This document shows positions 1 through 15,818 of a stretch of 64,000 nt of DNA, piece after piece. The DNA lies in the NCBI RefSeq assembly GCF_009914755.1, contig NC_060927.1. One strand, written 5' to 3'. The translations under genes and the position numbers were made by a program. Within the stretch, counting starts at the first letter, position 1. Each line of letters starts with the position of its first letter. Source of the stretch: the human T2T-CHM13v2.0 reference genome, Homo sapiens. A model generated the notes under the pieces. It did no database searches. It was given only the letters and a program-made list of their open reading frames with translations, and had not been told where the DNA came from.

Positions 1-115
1 TAGAGACGGGGTTTCACCGTGTTAGCCAGGATGGTCTTGATCTCCTGACCTCATGATCCACCTGCCTCATCCTCCTAAAGTGCCGGATTACAGGTGTGAA
101 CCACCGTGCCTGGCC
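1..115 (-). mobile_element. Alu (AluY-like) left-arm fragment cut by window edge, within the last LSM3 intron
   Basis: GAGACGGGGTTTCACCGTGTTAGCCAGGATGGTC...CCACCGTGCCTGGCC is the reverse complement of the Alu 5' arm. Confidence 0.9.
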
Positions 116-1329
116 GAGTTTTGTGAGTTTGATGGCCAAGTTGCTGCAGAGATCAACGATAGTGGGTGTTGCAGAATCCTACTTCCCAGACAGAACCATC
201 TGTACCCCCAAAGGATGCAAGCAGGATATCCAGCTCAGGGTGCAGGACTGCCACGTGACTTTCGGTTTTCTCCGTCAGACCACATGTGGTCACTTGTACA
301 GAAACCTATCCCCAAAGAAGATGAATAATTTACCCCTCCCACATTTATGATAAACACAGCAGGGACAGGATATCCACCACAAAAACTCTCTTCCCAGAGA
401 AGGAAGGAATGAGAAACATAAGACAGTTACTGGTCCCTAACAGTGGTGAATCCCACTGGGAAGGCATGAATGCTCCCTGTCCTGGTAGCAGCAGAAATCC
501 CTCAATTAGATCAAATATGTCCCATCCAATGTTTGGAACTTATACTAAATTTAATTGTGCGTCCTACATCTTTATTTGCAAAATCTGGCAACCCTAAATG
601 GGGTCCGCAGAGCTTTCAGGGCCAACTTCTATTATGCTGGAAGACGCAAATAGTCAAAGGTTTTTTTTGGCCAGGCTTATGGTTTCTTTGGCAATGCAAT
701 TTCTTTAAAAACTTAGAACATAGGTTTCTGAGCTGTTTACATCCAAACAATTCAAAGGGCCAGTAACCTGTCTAAGCTCTTCCCTAGGCATAGTTTCTAG
801 GACTGCTTTATTTCTTCAGTTTCTCACCCCTGTTCTGCTTTCTGAAATTAATGTTGACTACTTTGAGGCCATTTGCTACAAAAGTTTGGGTGGAAAGACA
901 ACACCCTTAATCTGATCTTTGCCTCAGGGCTGAGTTTGTTTACCTGGGAAATTTTGCTGGGCCTTGTTTCTCAAAGCCTTTTTTCATACTTATTTCTGTA
1001 ACTTGGGGTCTAAAAGCCAATGGCTTTTCTAACCCTGTGAATCCTGTTTCTTTTCATCTCTGCTTGAAAACCAACTAGTTCTTGCCTGAGCTTTTCTGTT
1101 TCGTCTACTGCCCTGCTAAATACATTAGGCTAACAGCAACATCTACTAACATTTGGCTTTTCCAGCCTCTTCTCCCAGAGCTCGTGAGTTTAGGAGCCCC
1201 TTGGGCTACATTCCAAGTTTTATCTAATATTTTGCCAAGGCATAATATTAGGATTTCGAACATTCATGTGTTTCTTTACTGCCCAAGGCCTGACCACTAA
1301 GCTCATGCTTCAAGGTATCCATTCCATAT

Positions 1330-1718
1330 GTGTGACCACAGTAGCACCCAGAAGTAACACATAATGGCTCAGCAAAGTAGAAGTTGATCTCTTGCCCATA
1401 TGACAGCCCTGGTGGGGTTTAGATCTGCACAATAGCTTTCTTCCAGGTGGCAAGTCAAGGACCCAGGCTTCACCTATCAGTGGCTCTGCCATCCCCTGAG
1501 CTCTCGCCATTATCTTAGTTCATTTAGTGTTAGAGGAACGACTGCAGAGGGGCATTCTGGGTCAGTCTGGATATAGTCCTGTCATTTCTGTTTACTTGCC
1601 ATTGGTTAAAGCAATCCGATGGCTACATCTGGTTGCAAGGAAGAATAAGAAACATAGTCCAGCTGTGTGCCCAGGAGGAGAAGAGTGAGTTTTAATGGGT
1701 AGCTCCAGTCTCTGCCAC
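1330..1718 (-). mobile_element. Old MaLR LTR (MLT1-type), approximate
   Basis: Degenerate MLT1-like motifs (ACCCAGGCTT..., GGCTACATCTGGTTGCAAGGAAG, terminal CTCTGCCACA); family call from memory. Confidence 0.45.
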
Positions 1719-1895
1719 AATTGTCGAAAGGAAGCAGTTGATGGATTGGTTCTTGGTGCTACCAAGGGAAGTGATCAGGTTTTTTAATCCAATTTTTTTG
1801 TGTCATGATGAATCCATTTTTTAACATTTCTGTCACAAACAATAAGCAGTAATACACAGTTGTACAAATATGTTCTGTTTTTTTTTCTCTTCTAG

Positions 1896-1976
1896 TCAAC
1901 GAAACGGAATATTCCAATGCTCTTTGTCCGGGGAGATGGCGTTGTCCTGGTTGCCCCTCCACTGAGAGTTGGCTGA
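1896..1976 (+). CDS. LSM3: LSM3 (U6 snRNA/mRNA-decay Sm-like protein) terminal coding exon
   Basis: Polypyrimidine tract plus AG acceptor at 1894-1895, then TCA ACG AAA CGG...GTT GGC TGA = STKRNIPMLFVRGDGVVLVAPPLRVG*, the Sm2 motif (LFVRGD) and C-terminus of LSm3; too short for the ORF track. Confidence 0.96.
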   Translation, partial: STKRNIPMLFVRGDGVVLVAPPLRVG

Positions 1977-2180
1977 AACAAAGAATTTGTCCTGTATGGA
2001 AAACGGGAGACTTTGTACAGTGGCCTCTCTAAAAGTACAAAACATTCATAAGAGAAACCTGCATACATTTTGATATTAAGAAATAATTCCGGGGATTCTT
2101 CCACTCCTGAAATGAGTTGATTTGCAGATAACTCACAACTTCTTAAGCTAAATGGTATTTTCATTTTTCTCAAGCTCTCC

Positions 2181-2186
2181 AATAAA
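2181..2186 (+). terminator. LSM3: Proximal polyadenylation signal of LSM3 (AATAAA)
   Basis: AATAAA ~205 nt after the stop, followed by T/GT-rich sequence. Confidence 0.75.
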
Positions 2187-2354
2187 TATGACCACCAAGA
2201 TGCAGAACTCTTTCAGGACTTCTTTTGCTCCATTATTCTCACAGATACTTACTGATTTTTCTTTTCTTTAAATTGGTGTTTCCTTGTAGATTTTTTTAAG
2301 TGCGGTCTTCTGTCTTGTGAATTATTTAAAGTAAGCATGTCTTACCTTCACTTA

Positions 2355-2733
<379 letters not shown>

Positions 2734-4713
2734 AGTTTTCTGCCCTCAAGTCTTCTGGGGAGGCAGATGTTTAAACCAACAATTGCAGGCAGTAAGATTA
2801 GTGCTGATAGAATCATGCACATGCAGGATGCCATAGGAGCATGGGGAAGAGCACCCAAATGTGGGAGAAAGGGGCAGAGGGACATTGTAAACATTAACCC
2901 TGCAATAGAAGACAGAGCAAAGCATGATTTCTCTTTTCTCTGGCCTGATTTAATTCTAAGGTCAGACGTTCAGCTTGATCATAACCTGTTTATAATTATG
3001 ACTCAGACCATTTTTCCACTCTTGGATCATTGGCCATTAATGATGAGGGGTCTCAAACAACATGTCTCAGTGACACAGTAAAGCAGAAATTGGCTGAAAG
3101 CAAAGCTGTTTTTATTTCTAGCTTCAGTCAGCACATAATGCTTAAAACCTAAAGAGGAAAGTAAAAGCGTGTTACAATCTCTCAAACTTTATCAAGACAG
3201 GGCTTAGAACCTGACATCCTCCGCTATGGTCATTCCATTTTGAAATGTAGAAAATCCAACTTGTGGATGGTTTGTCTGTAAATGAGCTGAATGTGTGTGC
3301 GTGTTCATTATCAAGCACGATATGCTCACAAATGCACAGTACTTTAAGCCTTGTGCAAGAAAGATGCTTTCAGTAAACATATTTAAAAGGTTTTATTTTC
3401 CTTACTAATGGTACATGCCCCTGCAAGTTCATGGAGAAGAGAAAAACAAGTGTGGGTGAGCTGATGGAGGCTTCATCTTAGGTGAGGAGGCAGGAGAGAC
3501 ACCCTCCCTTCACTTGTGCCATCCCCACGCTTTGTCCTTAAGCTGTAGTGGTCCCAGGAGATAACCTGTTTACAGCAGCCCATTCAGTATTGAAAAATGA
3601 ACTCCCTCCTGCAGAATGTTAGAAGAAACAACCTCAAAGACCTCAGGCCACCTGTGGTCATTAGTATGTGGCAGCAAGATTGAACCTGCCTGCCTCCTAC
3701 CTGTGTGAGCCTGTGGTGTGGGTGTGGTACCAAGGCCCTGGCTCTGGGCAGTCTGTTGGCTCCTGGTGTTCACTAAGGCGTGGGGTGACAGGCCATCTGG
3801 CCTCGCTCTGCCAGTCTGCAGTTCTCCCCAGCACTGCATTCATTTTTAGTGGTTTCTGATAGTCACACTGAATTCCTGGACACTTTCTTCTCTTCATTCT
3901 TAGTTATCTTTCTCCTTTTTCTCCTGGAACTGATAGTTTACACTAAAACTTTTGGCTGTGAGGACTTGATTATACACATTTCTAAAACCCATGAACCTTA
4001 ATATCTGACACTGTTACTCTCATATGCACACACAACTAAAACATACCAACCTACTTCATTTCCTAGCTGCTAAGATACAAGGGGAGGGACAATAAAAGGT
4101 TAACTGCAGAATAGCCACCTATGTGTCAGGAAATGGAGGGAGGGGAGGCAATGTGTGAGTCCTTTTGGAGCTGGGACTCAATCCACAACAGAGACAGCTC
4201 AAGCAGGGCCCTGCCATGGTCCACACTGAGGTTTCCTCTGCAGTGGTGCTGTCCACTGAGGGGTTATGGTGTGAGGGCCCCTGGGAGCCACGCCTTGGAC
4301 TTCTGAGTCTGCAGAGCACTCGGCTCCAGCCAGCTGGATGGCAGGTGGTCAGTGGAGCTGGTGACTGGTGGTTTCTGCAATGAGGTGTCAGATTAGCCTA
4401 AGGGAAGCCTCTTCAGCAAGTATCATGCCTGGATCCCGGTCTTGGTTGTTTTATGAGAGGCCGATATGAATTGCCATTGCCTCCCACAAAGAAAAATGGA
4501 CAAAATATGGGACCACATCTTTGAGATGAAATGTGCCCAAAATGAAAAGTAACTTGAGTATCCCAAGTTAAACTTAATCATTAGCTGCAAATGGACGATT
4601 TTCAAATTTCAAATAGTGATTTTTGAAGATTTGCCCAAACTAGAGTACTATCCCTCTTCACACTAAGAGGCAGAAAGTGGTTTCACACACCCTTTTATTT
4701 AATCAGCTAAAGT

Positions 4714-4830
4714 GGGTGCGGTGACACACACCTGTAAACTCAACCACTAAGGAGACTGAGGCGGGAGGATTACTTGAGCCCAGGAGTTCGAGATCAGCCT
4801 GGGCAACATAACAAGACCCTGTCTCAAATA
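4714..4830 (+). mobile_element. Alu monomer (FLAM-like)
   Basis: GAGGCGGGAGGATTACTTGAGCCCAGGAGTTCGAGATCAGCCTGGGCAACATA...CCCTGTCTCAAA, single arm. Confidence 0.85.
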
Positions 4831-4944
4831 ATACTTAGCTATTACCCATATTGCTTTTAGCCTGCTGCCAGGAGGGGAGAAATGTTATTGTATGAACAGA
4901 TGTCAGATGTGAGTAATGCTCAGCTGTGTTCAATGTAGAAAATT

Positions 4945-4950
4945 AATAAA
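4945..4950 (+). terminator. Candidate distal polyadenylation signal for a long LSM3 3' UTR isoform
   Basis: AATAAA ~3 kb downstream of the stop; usage inferred only, other AATAAA copies exist (e.g. near 4091). Confidence 0.35.
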
Positions 4951-7900
4951 AGTTCCAGGAGTCATCCTGGCTAGATCAAGAAGCACAGTTGATGTTTCTC
5001 TGTCACTCAGCTCTGCTGAACTACATGGATTTCATTCGTGGGCAAGCTCTTCCCTGTAGCAGATGCAGACTTCCAGCCTACCTGCCCTCCAGCTAAAGTG
5101 GTCTCATCCTCCTTGCTTGGTCCCTGTGCCCATCTGTGGGCTGGTTTTTACGGCCATGAGAATGTGGGGCTCTGATTGGCCAGGCCTCAGTCACACGCCC
5201 ATTTCTGGAACTAAGAGCAAGGTTATCCCCACCTGAGCTGTATGGTCTAAGTGCAGAAGGAGGGGTCGTTCTCTGAAGGAAACCAGAGGAAAGGGGAAAT
5301 GGAGCTGGACACAATGCCTATTACACAGGAAAACTTTTAGTCTGCCCCAACTTATAGAAAAATCCCTTTGGTACTTTCCTATTAGTAACAAATTTCTTGG
5401 AACACACCTCAGACTGACACTATGACTTTAAGCTATTGCTCTGGAATCCAGGAGGTTCTGGAGCAACCTGTGTGGGGATCAGTATGGGTGGAGCTCAGAT
5501 TTGTTGGCTGACTGGGCCTGATGGTAGCCCGAGTCCTCTTGATGGGTCTAGGTAGGAGATCTGCAACACAAGAGGGCTGTTAAGCTGGGGGTAGGTATCA
5601 GGGGGTCCTCAGAGCTTCTGGGGAGGGCAGGGTAGTTGAACAGAGTGGACTGAAGAACACTAAGCCCCATGAGACAAATTGCTGCTTACAGGCAGAGACC
5701 ATATTCACAACCCCTGGCAGAGGGCCTGGCCAAGAATTTGTCTTCAATAAATGTTAAATGAATATTTAAATGACAAGAAGACTAGTGCAACAGGACTTTG
5801 TGATCAGCACTGTGGATGGAAGGTTCAAATGGGAGTTTGAAAGAAGGTGAACTTTGCACATTGTTTTCCAGACACTTGTGGTTTCCTTCCCACAATTGGA
5901 CAGTGTTCCCCGGTTTTTTACCCTCGTGGCCATCCTCCCCATTACCATTTACCTGAAAGTGTCAGTATTTGCCAACTCTAGATACCTAACTAGTTATTAA
6001 TTTACATAGAAAACTAATACCAAGAAATGAGGAAGATAAGGCCAAATGCTTTAAATTCCTTTTAGATTCATTGCCCAATTTTAATAAACCAGAGCATGTA
6101 GGTTCTTATTTTCTTGGCTGCTTCTAGAAATGTCCTGGATGTGGAGGCAGCATGCCCCATTGCAGTTTCTGATATTGATTACTCCAGAGGAATGTTTTCT
6201 TGGTGCTCATCCCATCCACTTGCAATGCTGCAGGGATCTGGGCTCTGAGTGTTGACACGAGCCCCAGAGTGACCCTTAGTGAGGTGGAAAACTGAACATA
6301 CAGGGTCTAGCAGTGCAGCGGGGTCAGAGAAACCTGGCTGCGAGTCCCTGCTGTGTCACGTACCGGCTAGACAAACAGCTTCTGTCCTAAGGTCAGTTGT
6401 AAGGGCTGGGAAGTGGCCCTAGAAGCAGGCTAGGGTGGTGCTGGGATGTTACTGCCAAATCACTGACACCAGGGTCAGAGGCACAGAGGTGGAAGGGGCA
6501 CTGGGAGGCCACTCCTTCAGCTTATTCCAACTGTCCCTGCTCTTTTCCTCCCCAGATAGTTTTCAGGAGAATGGTGAATTTGAAATAACTTGATTTGTTC
6601 CATTGAAAGTTATTTTCAGATGTCCGCTATGTGCCAGGATCTGTCCACAGAGGCCTGAGCAAGACCAACTATGTGCACGATGCTAAGAGCTGGGAAGGAC
6701 CTGAAATGGGTGAGGAGATGGGAGGTGACATGGTGTTGTGGGGGGTGAGGGGGAACAGTGCTCAGACGAGGTCTGTCTCAGCAGAGAACATTTGAGCGGA
6801 CATCTGAATAGCAGGAGGGAACAGGCCCCAAGGGGATTTGGCAAAACAGCATTCTTCCAGAAACTGGAGGCCGCGCAGAGGCTCTGAGATGAGGCTTTTC
6901 CTGGTGGAGGGTCGGCAGGGAGGCCAGTCGGCATGGGAAGAGTGAGCCAAAAGTCTGAGACCTCGGAAGTCCAGGCGTCATTCAGCACCTTCGTTTCACA
7001 GAAGGGGATGAAGAGCCCAAGACAGTGAAATAGACTTGCCTGAGGCCACCGCGAGTCCAGGCTAATCTAGTTCTAAAGCCTAAATAAGGGCCACTGTGTG
7101 CCCCAGCTCCAGTGGTGCCGCTCATGCTGTAGCCTCTGGACCCGTGCAATGTGCTGCTCCTGCAGCTACACGGTCTCCTCCTTCCGATCACAGGCCAGCA
7201 TTTCACCGTCCTTTCCCTTTTCGAAGGAAAGGGTCTTCTGAGTTCGCGGGTGCTATGGGGACCCTGCTCAAGCTGGTATTCAGGAAGGGGAAGACTGTGC
7301 TTTCCTTCCCTTGGCCAGGCCTCGTGGGAGGAGCACAGAGTTGGAAATCACACCCGTCAGACTCAGCTCGATCACCGTGTGCTCTGTGACTTTTGGCGAG
7401 CTCCTCGCCCATTCTGGGCTTCCATTCCTCACACGAAGGGAAATGCAGGGAGTTGTTTTTACTCCTGAACCTGCATGTCTTAGTTGCCAACACCAGGTGG
7501 TGCTGTGCTCTTTTGCTTTTCCACTTCAGTCCTTGCTTTGCAATCAACATGAGCTAATACTGGCCAGCGAGCTCTGAAATCCAGTTTGTGGAACTCCAAC
7601 CCTACAATAGCTACATAATATGTAGGCCCCAGGGAGAAAGTTGTAAGGGAAAATACCATTCCCGTGGTGCCCATATCCTGCTGAACCGAGATCACCAACA
7701 AAGCCGCACTCTAGGTGAGATGGGTTTTGCTGCGCTGGCTCTGTGCACGTGGCTGAATAATGGGTGGACAGAGCTTTCTTTGCGGCCTGAGGCCAGATTC
7801 TGCCATCCTGTTGAGCAGATCCCTTTTCCTGCTCTTAGCCTTGGAGTCCTCATCTATACAGTGTCCTTTGAGCTTGAACAATGTGAGTTTCAGGAAAAGG

Positions 7901-9283
7901 ACTCAATCACTCTGCTATTGATTAAAAGAGCCTAGGTTTGGAGTTCTTGGTAGCAGTATCTGAAAGCCGACATTGGTGTGTGCTAGGAAAAGCCTACAGA
8001 TTTGGAGTGAAAAAGCCATGCATGTGAACCCTAGCACTGCTGCTTCCCAGCTGAATAACAGACTCCAACTCTCTGACCCTTAGTTTCCTCCTCTGTAAAT
8101 GGGGATAGTGACAGTGCCCACCTCAGGAAGAAGGGCTGAGGATGAAAAGATGTCCATCAAGGATGGAGCTCAGGTCCTGCCATGGAGTCGGAGCTCAGGA
8201 CATCTTTGATTCCCTTAATTGGGCCAGCAGCTCTAAATAAGATGCTTCTTGTCTCCTCCTGAATGCCTTTCTGAAAAGACCACCTGTAAATATTTATCTG
8301 TCTTTATAACAAGGATCCAAGCTGTTCTTCATGAATCCATAGTTTCTGCCTTGCTGAGTCTACTACAACATTTTTTAAAAATTTTTTCATCGATCTCTCC
8401 TTGCATTGTTTTTCCTGTATGACTTTTCCAGGCTGAGTTCTGCTAGAAACTGGGATGGCTAACAGCTGGTCATGATAAGGGTTTGGGAATCAGATGAGGG
8501 AACAGGGGAGCCTCCCCTTTGCAGCGTCCTCTGCCCTCCCTCTCTGTGGTTCTCAGCAATGTTTTTCTCAGTTCAGCTTCAAGGTAGAAGAGAAATGGAT
8601 GAAACCAGCTCCATGAACAAGGTCACCCCGCCAATATCACGAGAAAATGACATCACTGTCAGCTTCCGCTCAGGAAAAACCTGGGACTTGAATAACCAAG
8701 GGAAAGGGCAGGTCATCCTCATGGCAGGTTGACAGAGCTGGTTACAGACCTCCCTGCCAGATATCAGGGCCTGGGAGTGTGGCTAAAAATGACCCAGGGA
8801 CCACACCTGCCTCTGGTCAGTTGCCCCCGGCAGCCTTACCACCCTCGTATGCTCAGAACAACGGAATATCACCAATGGGGTGTTTTATTTCCTCTTTCCT
8901 AGAAGAAAGGTTACCAACTGCCAGAATCAAAATAGAACATGAACCGTGTCACTGGAATCCTGTCCAATCCAAGCACACTGATATTGTGCAATGCCCTTTG
9001 GGAGATAAAGCAGATAAGCAAAATCTCCAAGCTATTATCACACCATTGGACCTGGCATTGCAGAAGGCCTCTAGCCGGCCTCTTCTAGGCTTGTCATGTT
9101 TCTGCAACACTGTGTCGAGTGCTTTTTGTGCTCTAGAAGAACACTATTTCATAGATGAAACCAGGCGCAAAGCCTCACAGAAAGAATTATTTTGTTAAAG
9201 TGAATAGTTGTCCCCAACTTTTTCCATTTCCCAAGCTCATAGTTTTATACATTCTTTCTTTTTTTAAGGCTTGGCTTAAATTC

Positions 9284-10180
<897 letters not shown>

Positions 10181-11109
10181 TGAACAAATTGGAGAATTCA
10201 GTGCTTGGCAGGCTTGTCTTCATATACATGATGAATATCAGCCTTTCCTGAAGCTTTAAAATTCTCTTGGTCTAAGTTACTTTTCCTTGAAGGATCATTC
10301 CTGCCCCTTGACATCTTTGAGAATTGTTCAACATGTAAATGATGTGCATCAATTGATCAACTTACATTTTAGCTTCTTTATACTATCAGCGTATTTTTTT
10401 TCTGTCACTTTCGTGTTAGTGAAGTATAGTAGATATTTGTAAAAGTATTGTGACTATATATTTTTTAATTTTTATTTTTGATTATAGTAAAAAATGCATA
10501 ACAGAATTTACCATCTTAACCATTTCATAAATGTGCAGTTCAGTACTGTTAAGTATATTCACAGTTGTGCAACATATGTGAAGTTTTCTTAAAGCAAAGC
10601 ACTCCTGAATGTCCCTCATCCACAAGTCCTTCTCCCATGATGTAATACTTTATTATTGTGCCTAAACTTACCCTTCAGGGGTTTCAAAGCCTTGGACAGT
10701 AACTCTGAACAAAATCCATGGGCAAGATTTAAAGTATGGGGAGCACTTAGAGAAGGCTGTGAAGCTATTTCATCCTTTACTCATCACAAGCCAAACTGCT
10801 TTGGGTAGAAAGCGCTTGACTGACAGGAGGAGAGCTGGCCTTGAAACTGCTGGATGAAGGCCCTGGTGAAGGCCTTCAGATCGCATCACCCTATGTAAAG
10901 CCCTCTGGTGGCTGCCTGTCTCACCAGAGTAACAACCGCAATCCTGACCCATCTCACCGCCTCCTGATTCAATCCGCCCTGGTTTCTCTGGCCTCAACTC
11001 CTGTCCAGCCACACTGGCCTCCTTGCCATTCCTTGAAAATATCGAGCTCATTTCTTCTTAAAGGCCTTTGCATTTGCTCCTACCTCTTCCTAGAACAATC
11101 TTTTCAAAT

Positions 11110-11659
11110 CATGTTGGGCAACAGAACCACTCATGGAGGTCATCAAACTCTCAATGCCCAGGCCACATCTTACACCAGTTTAATTATCTCTGGGGCCTTA
11201 AAGATCCATTTTTAAAACAAAAACGGAAATAAAACCTCCTCAAGAATTCCAATGTGTAGTCACTTTTAGGAACCAGTGTCCTAGATCTTGTGGTTCCCAA
11301 GGTGCGGTCTCAGATCAGCAAGAACAGCATCACCTGGGAACTTGTTAGAAATGCAGATTCTCAGGTCCTAGCCCAAGGTTATTGAATTGGAAACTTTGGA
11401 AGTAGAGCCCAGGAATATGTATCTTACCAAGCCCTCCAGGTGACTCCCATGCACACCAACTTTTGAGAACCACTGTCCTACATCCTTGGTGCTCAAGATG
11501 AGCCTTGTGGACCGGTATCATCTGCACGCCCTGGAAGCTTGTGAGACAGGCAGAGTCTCCAATGCACCCCTGTGGGCAGATCTGACCCAATGAATGAGGA
11601 TCTGCACTTCACCAATATTCCTAGTCATGCATATGCACATCAGAGTTCAAGAAGCTTTC

Positions 11660-11660
<1 letters not shown>
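11110..11660. mobile_element. Cluster of MER5-type hAT-Charlie MITEs (central MER5A ~11290-11475)
   Basis: CAGCATCACCTGGGAACTTGTTAGAAATGCAGATTCTCAGG...CCCTCCAGGTGA...TTTGAGAACCACTG typical of MER5A; similar degenerate copies on both sides. Confidence 0.75.
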
Positions 11661-13175
<1,515 letters not shown>

Positions 13176-14273
13176 TCATGTCCCCTCTTCCTGCAAAAGA
13201 GACCAATGAGAGCAAACACCCAAAAGGCAGTGTTCTAGAACACTCTTGCTCCTGAGTTTGGTATGACTCTCTCCCTCTGGTCATTCAGGTCCACTTTTAC
13301 ATCCTATGCCTCCTCTACAGGGAGGCCACACCTAGTCCCCCAACCAGTGTACCCCCCCATTCCCAGCCCTCCTCCATTACACTCCCCTGTGTTCTTGCTC
13401 ACCATAGCACTTTGTTAGTATGTGACACTATTCTTGTTTATATATTTGTCTACTCATTTACTGTCTCCTCCCACTAGAAGGTAAGCTTCATAAGCATGGA
13501 GACTCTTTCTGTCTTGATAGTCCCCTCTATGTGAAATGAATGAATGCACAAATGAACAGATCTACAGATCTGAGGCTCCGTTTGCTCATCTGCAGAACAA
13601 GGGGCTTCATCTGGATTTGGTGCAACATCTGGATTCTTTCCCCGTGCTGACACTGAAGGAAGGCATCTGGCAATGGAAGAGCTATTGTGTCATGCACATC
13701 TAAAACACTCTAGGCTTTTATTTACAGTTTCTCATTTAATCCTCACCATGATCCAGCAACAGCGGTAGGAGTACTCTTATTCTGTTCCTTCATGTAGCAG
13801 AAACGTGCCGAATGCCTGTTACCTGCTAGGCGCTTAAGAAGACAGTGCTGAGCACCAGAGGCACAGCCCCACCACCACGGAGCCTGCTGGTGAGCAGGAC
13901 TGGCTGAGAAAACCGAGACTCCGAAAGCTTGCCCAACTTGCTGAAGTTATGCAGCAAGGACATGGCAGAGCTGGGAAGCCCATGCTGTCTCCACTGCTGG
14001 TAACAAGGGGCGTAAAGGAGAGAAGCTGCTGAGTTGGCCACTCCTCAGGTGGCTCCCTCGGAGCTGTCACGCCCACCTGTGTCCATGGCCTCAACACCGC
14101 AGCAAAACAGAACACGCTGTATCTCAGCCATTTCCAGTTGTGTTTTTTATGATTCCATGGCCTCTCAGTCATTTATTATTTATCTGTATTTTAAATTATT
14201 AATTTTTTTATCATTTACTATTTATTTCATTTATCTGTTTTTTATTATTTCATGGCCTCTTGGAGGAGACAAC

Positions 14274-14441
14274 GGGCTCTGTGGGGTGAGAAAATGTGAG
14301 ATTGGAATGACGCACAGGAAGGATTTATGTCTGCTACAACACACGAGCCTGGAGAAGGGGGAAGGAGGGTATTGTATGTTTGAGGACACATCATGTGTAT
14401 TTGAGAATATAACTTTCAACAAGAAGGGTTGCATGGACCAT
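14274..14441 (+). repeat. 168-bp dispersed direct repeat, copy 1
   Basis: Ungapped match to 15651-15818, 13 mismatches counted by eye. Confidence 0.93.
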
Positions 14442-15650
14442 AAGCTTATACTTCCCATAAGCAAGAAGGCTGTCTGTTTCACTGGGCAAATATTGTGTTC
14501 AGTTCAACCTTAGAAGTAATCTAAGTTGGAGATGAGATCAAATAACCTTGACAGAAGAAGCAAATCAAAGTAACAAAATAAAAACCCACTTCAAAAATGT
14601 TTAATGAAGACACTGAGCATGAAGAATTAAAACAATGTAAAGGAGTGGGGGTGGGGAGCTACAACTTCTTAAAAGATGTTTCTTTTTTTTTTTTTTTTTT
14701 TCACCTCACTGATCCTTTCCCTACTTGAAAGCTTTCTCTGCCAGTGAATCACTCAACTAATTGCCAGGTCCTGTTTCCCTGTTTATAATCTTGAGCCTGA
14801 AGAAGCCTTCTGTAAAGGCCACAGTAAATTTCCCTGGCTAGCAAGACAAACATTTATCCTAGGGGCTGGATTACTATGCTGGGAGGTCTTAGATTCCTGG
14901 GATTTAGTGCATGCTCGCGCCTCACATTTTTTGGGTGACCTTCACCTCTCTGTGCCTCAGTTTCTGAAGCTGCACAATGAAAACAATGTTCCCCACTGAG
15001 TCACATCCTAGGATGGCTCTGAGCTCCCCGTTGGAAGGTGGAAAAGGGTATTTGGCAGAGGGTATGATTTATCTGTTCCTCTAAATGCTTCTCCTCCTTC
15101 TGGAAGCTGGCTCATTATGTTGGGAATTGAAATGCATTCTCTGTGGGCATATGAAGTAGATTCCTTACGGGAATGTTTAATGGGTGGGTGAATAAAAGAG
15201 ACACATTAACAAAGTTGTGTTATTCTAGAGAAAAAAATGTCATATCTTCATTTTTTTGTGACCACAAAGTGCAGAGTTGAGGAGGGGGTGGACAAGAAAA
15301 CAGTATTGTTCTTTGGAGCTATTATTCCCAGATGGCTTGCCCATGATAGAAGCTTTTCTGTTGCTGTTGAATGTCATTTTTCCAAGAAAGCCAGTCAGCT
15401 AACTGGCAACTGTGTGGGTGATGACATGCCCCACCTTTCTCTTTAGTGAGTTCCCCTTCCTTGAAAGTAAGAATAGAGTGAATAAACCCTCGTCAAAAGG
15501 TGGGGTAGAGAAAGTTCAATCAGAAGAGGGGTTCAACTAAGTACCACTCATTTTCCTCCAACCTTAAGATTCAGAGATTCTAGTCCCTTTTGGTGCCACA
15601 TCCTCTTCTGAATAGACAATCCAAGCTGTGCAGCAGTGCGCAGGGACAAA

Positions 15651-15818
15651 GGGCTCTGTGGGGTGAGAAAATGTGAGACTGGAATGACACACAGAAGGGA
15701 TTTATGTCTGCTACAGCACACGAGCCAGGAGAACAGGGAGGGAGGCTATTATATGTTTGAGGACACATCATATGTATTTGAGAATATAACTTTCAACAGG
15801 AAGGGTTGCATGGACCAT
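15651..15818 (+). repeat. 168-bp dispersed direct repeat, copy 2
   Basis: Ungapped match to 14274-14441, offset 1377 bp. Confidence 0.93.

Noticed and set aside
1892-2182. 96-aa minus-strand ORF over the LSM3 exon
   Set aside because: Antisense shadow; the + strand has the splice acceptor and the LSm3 peptide
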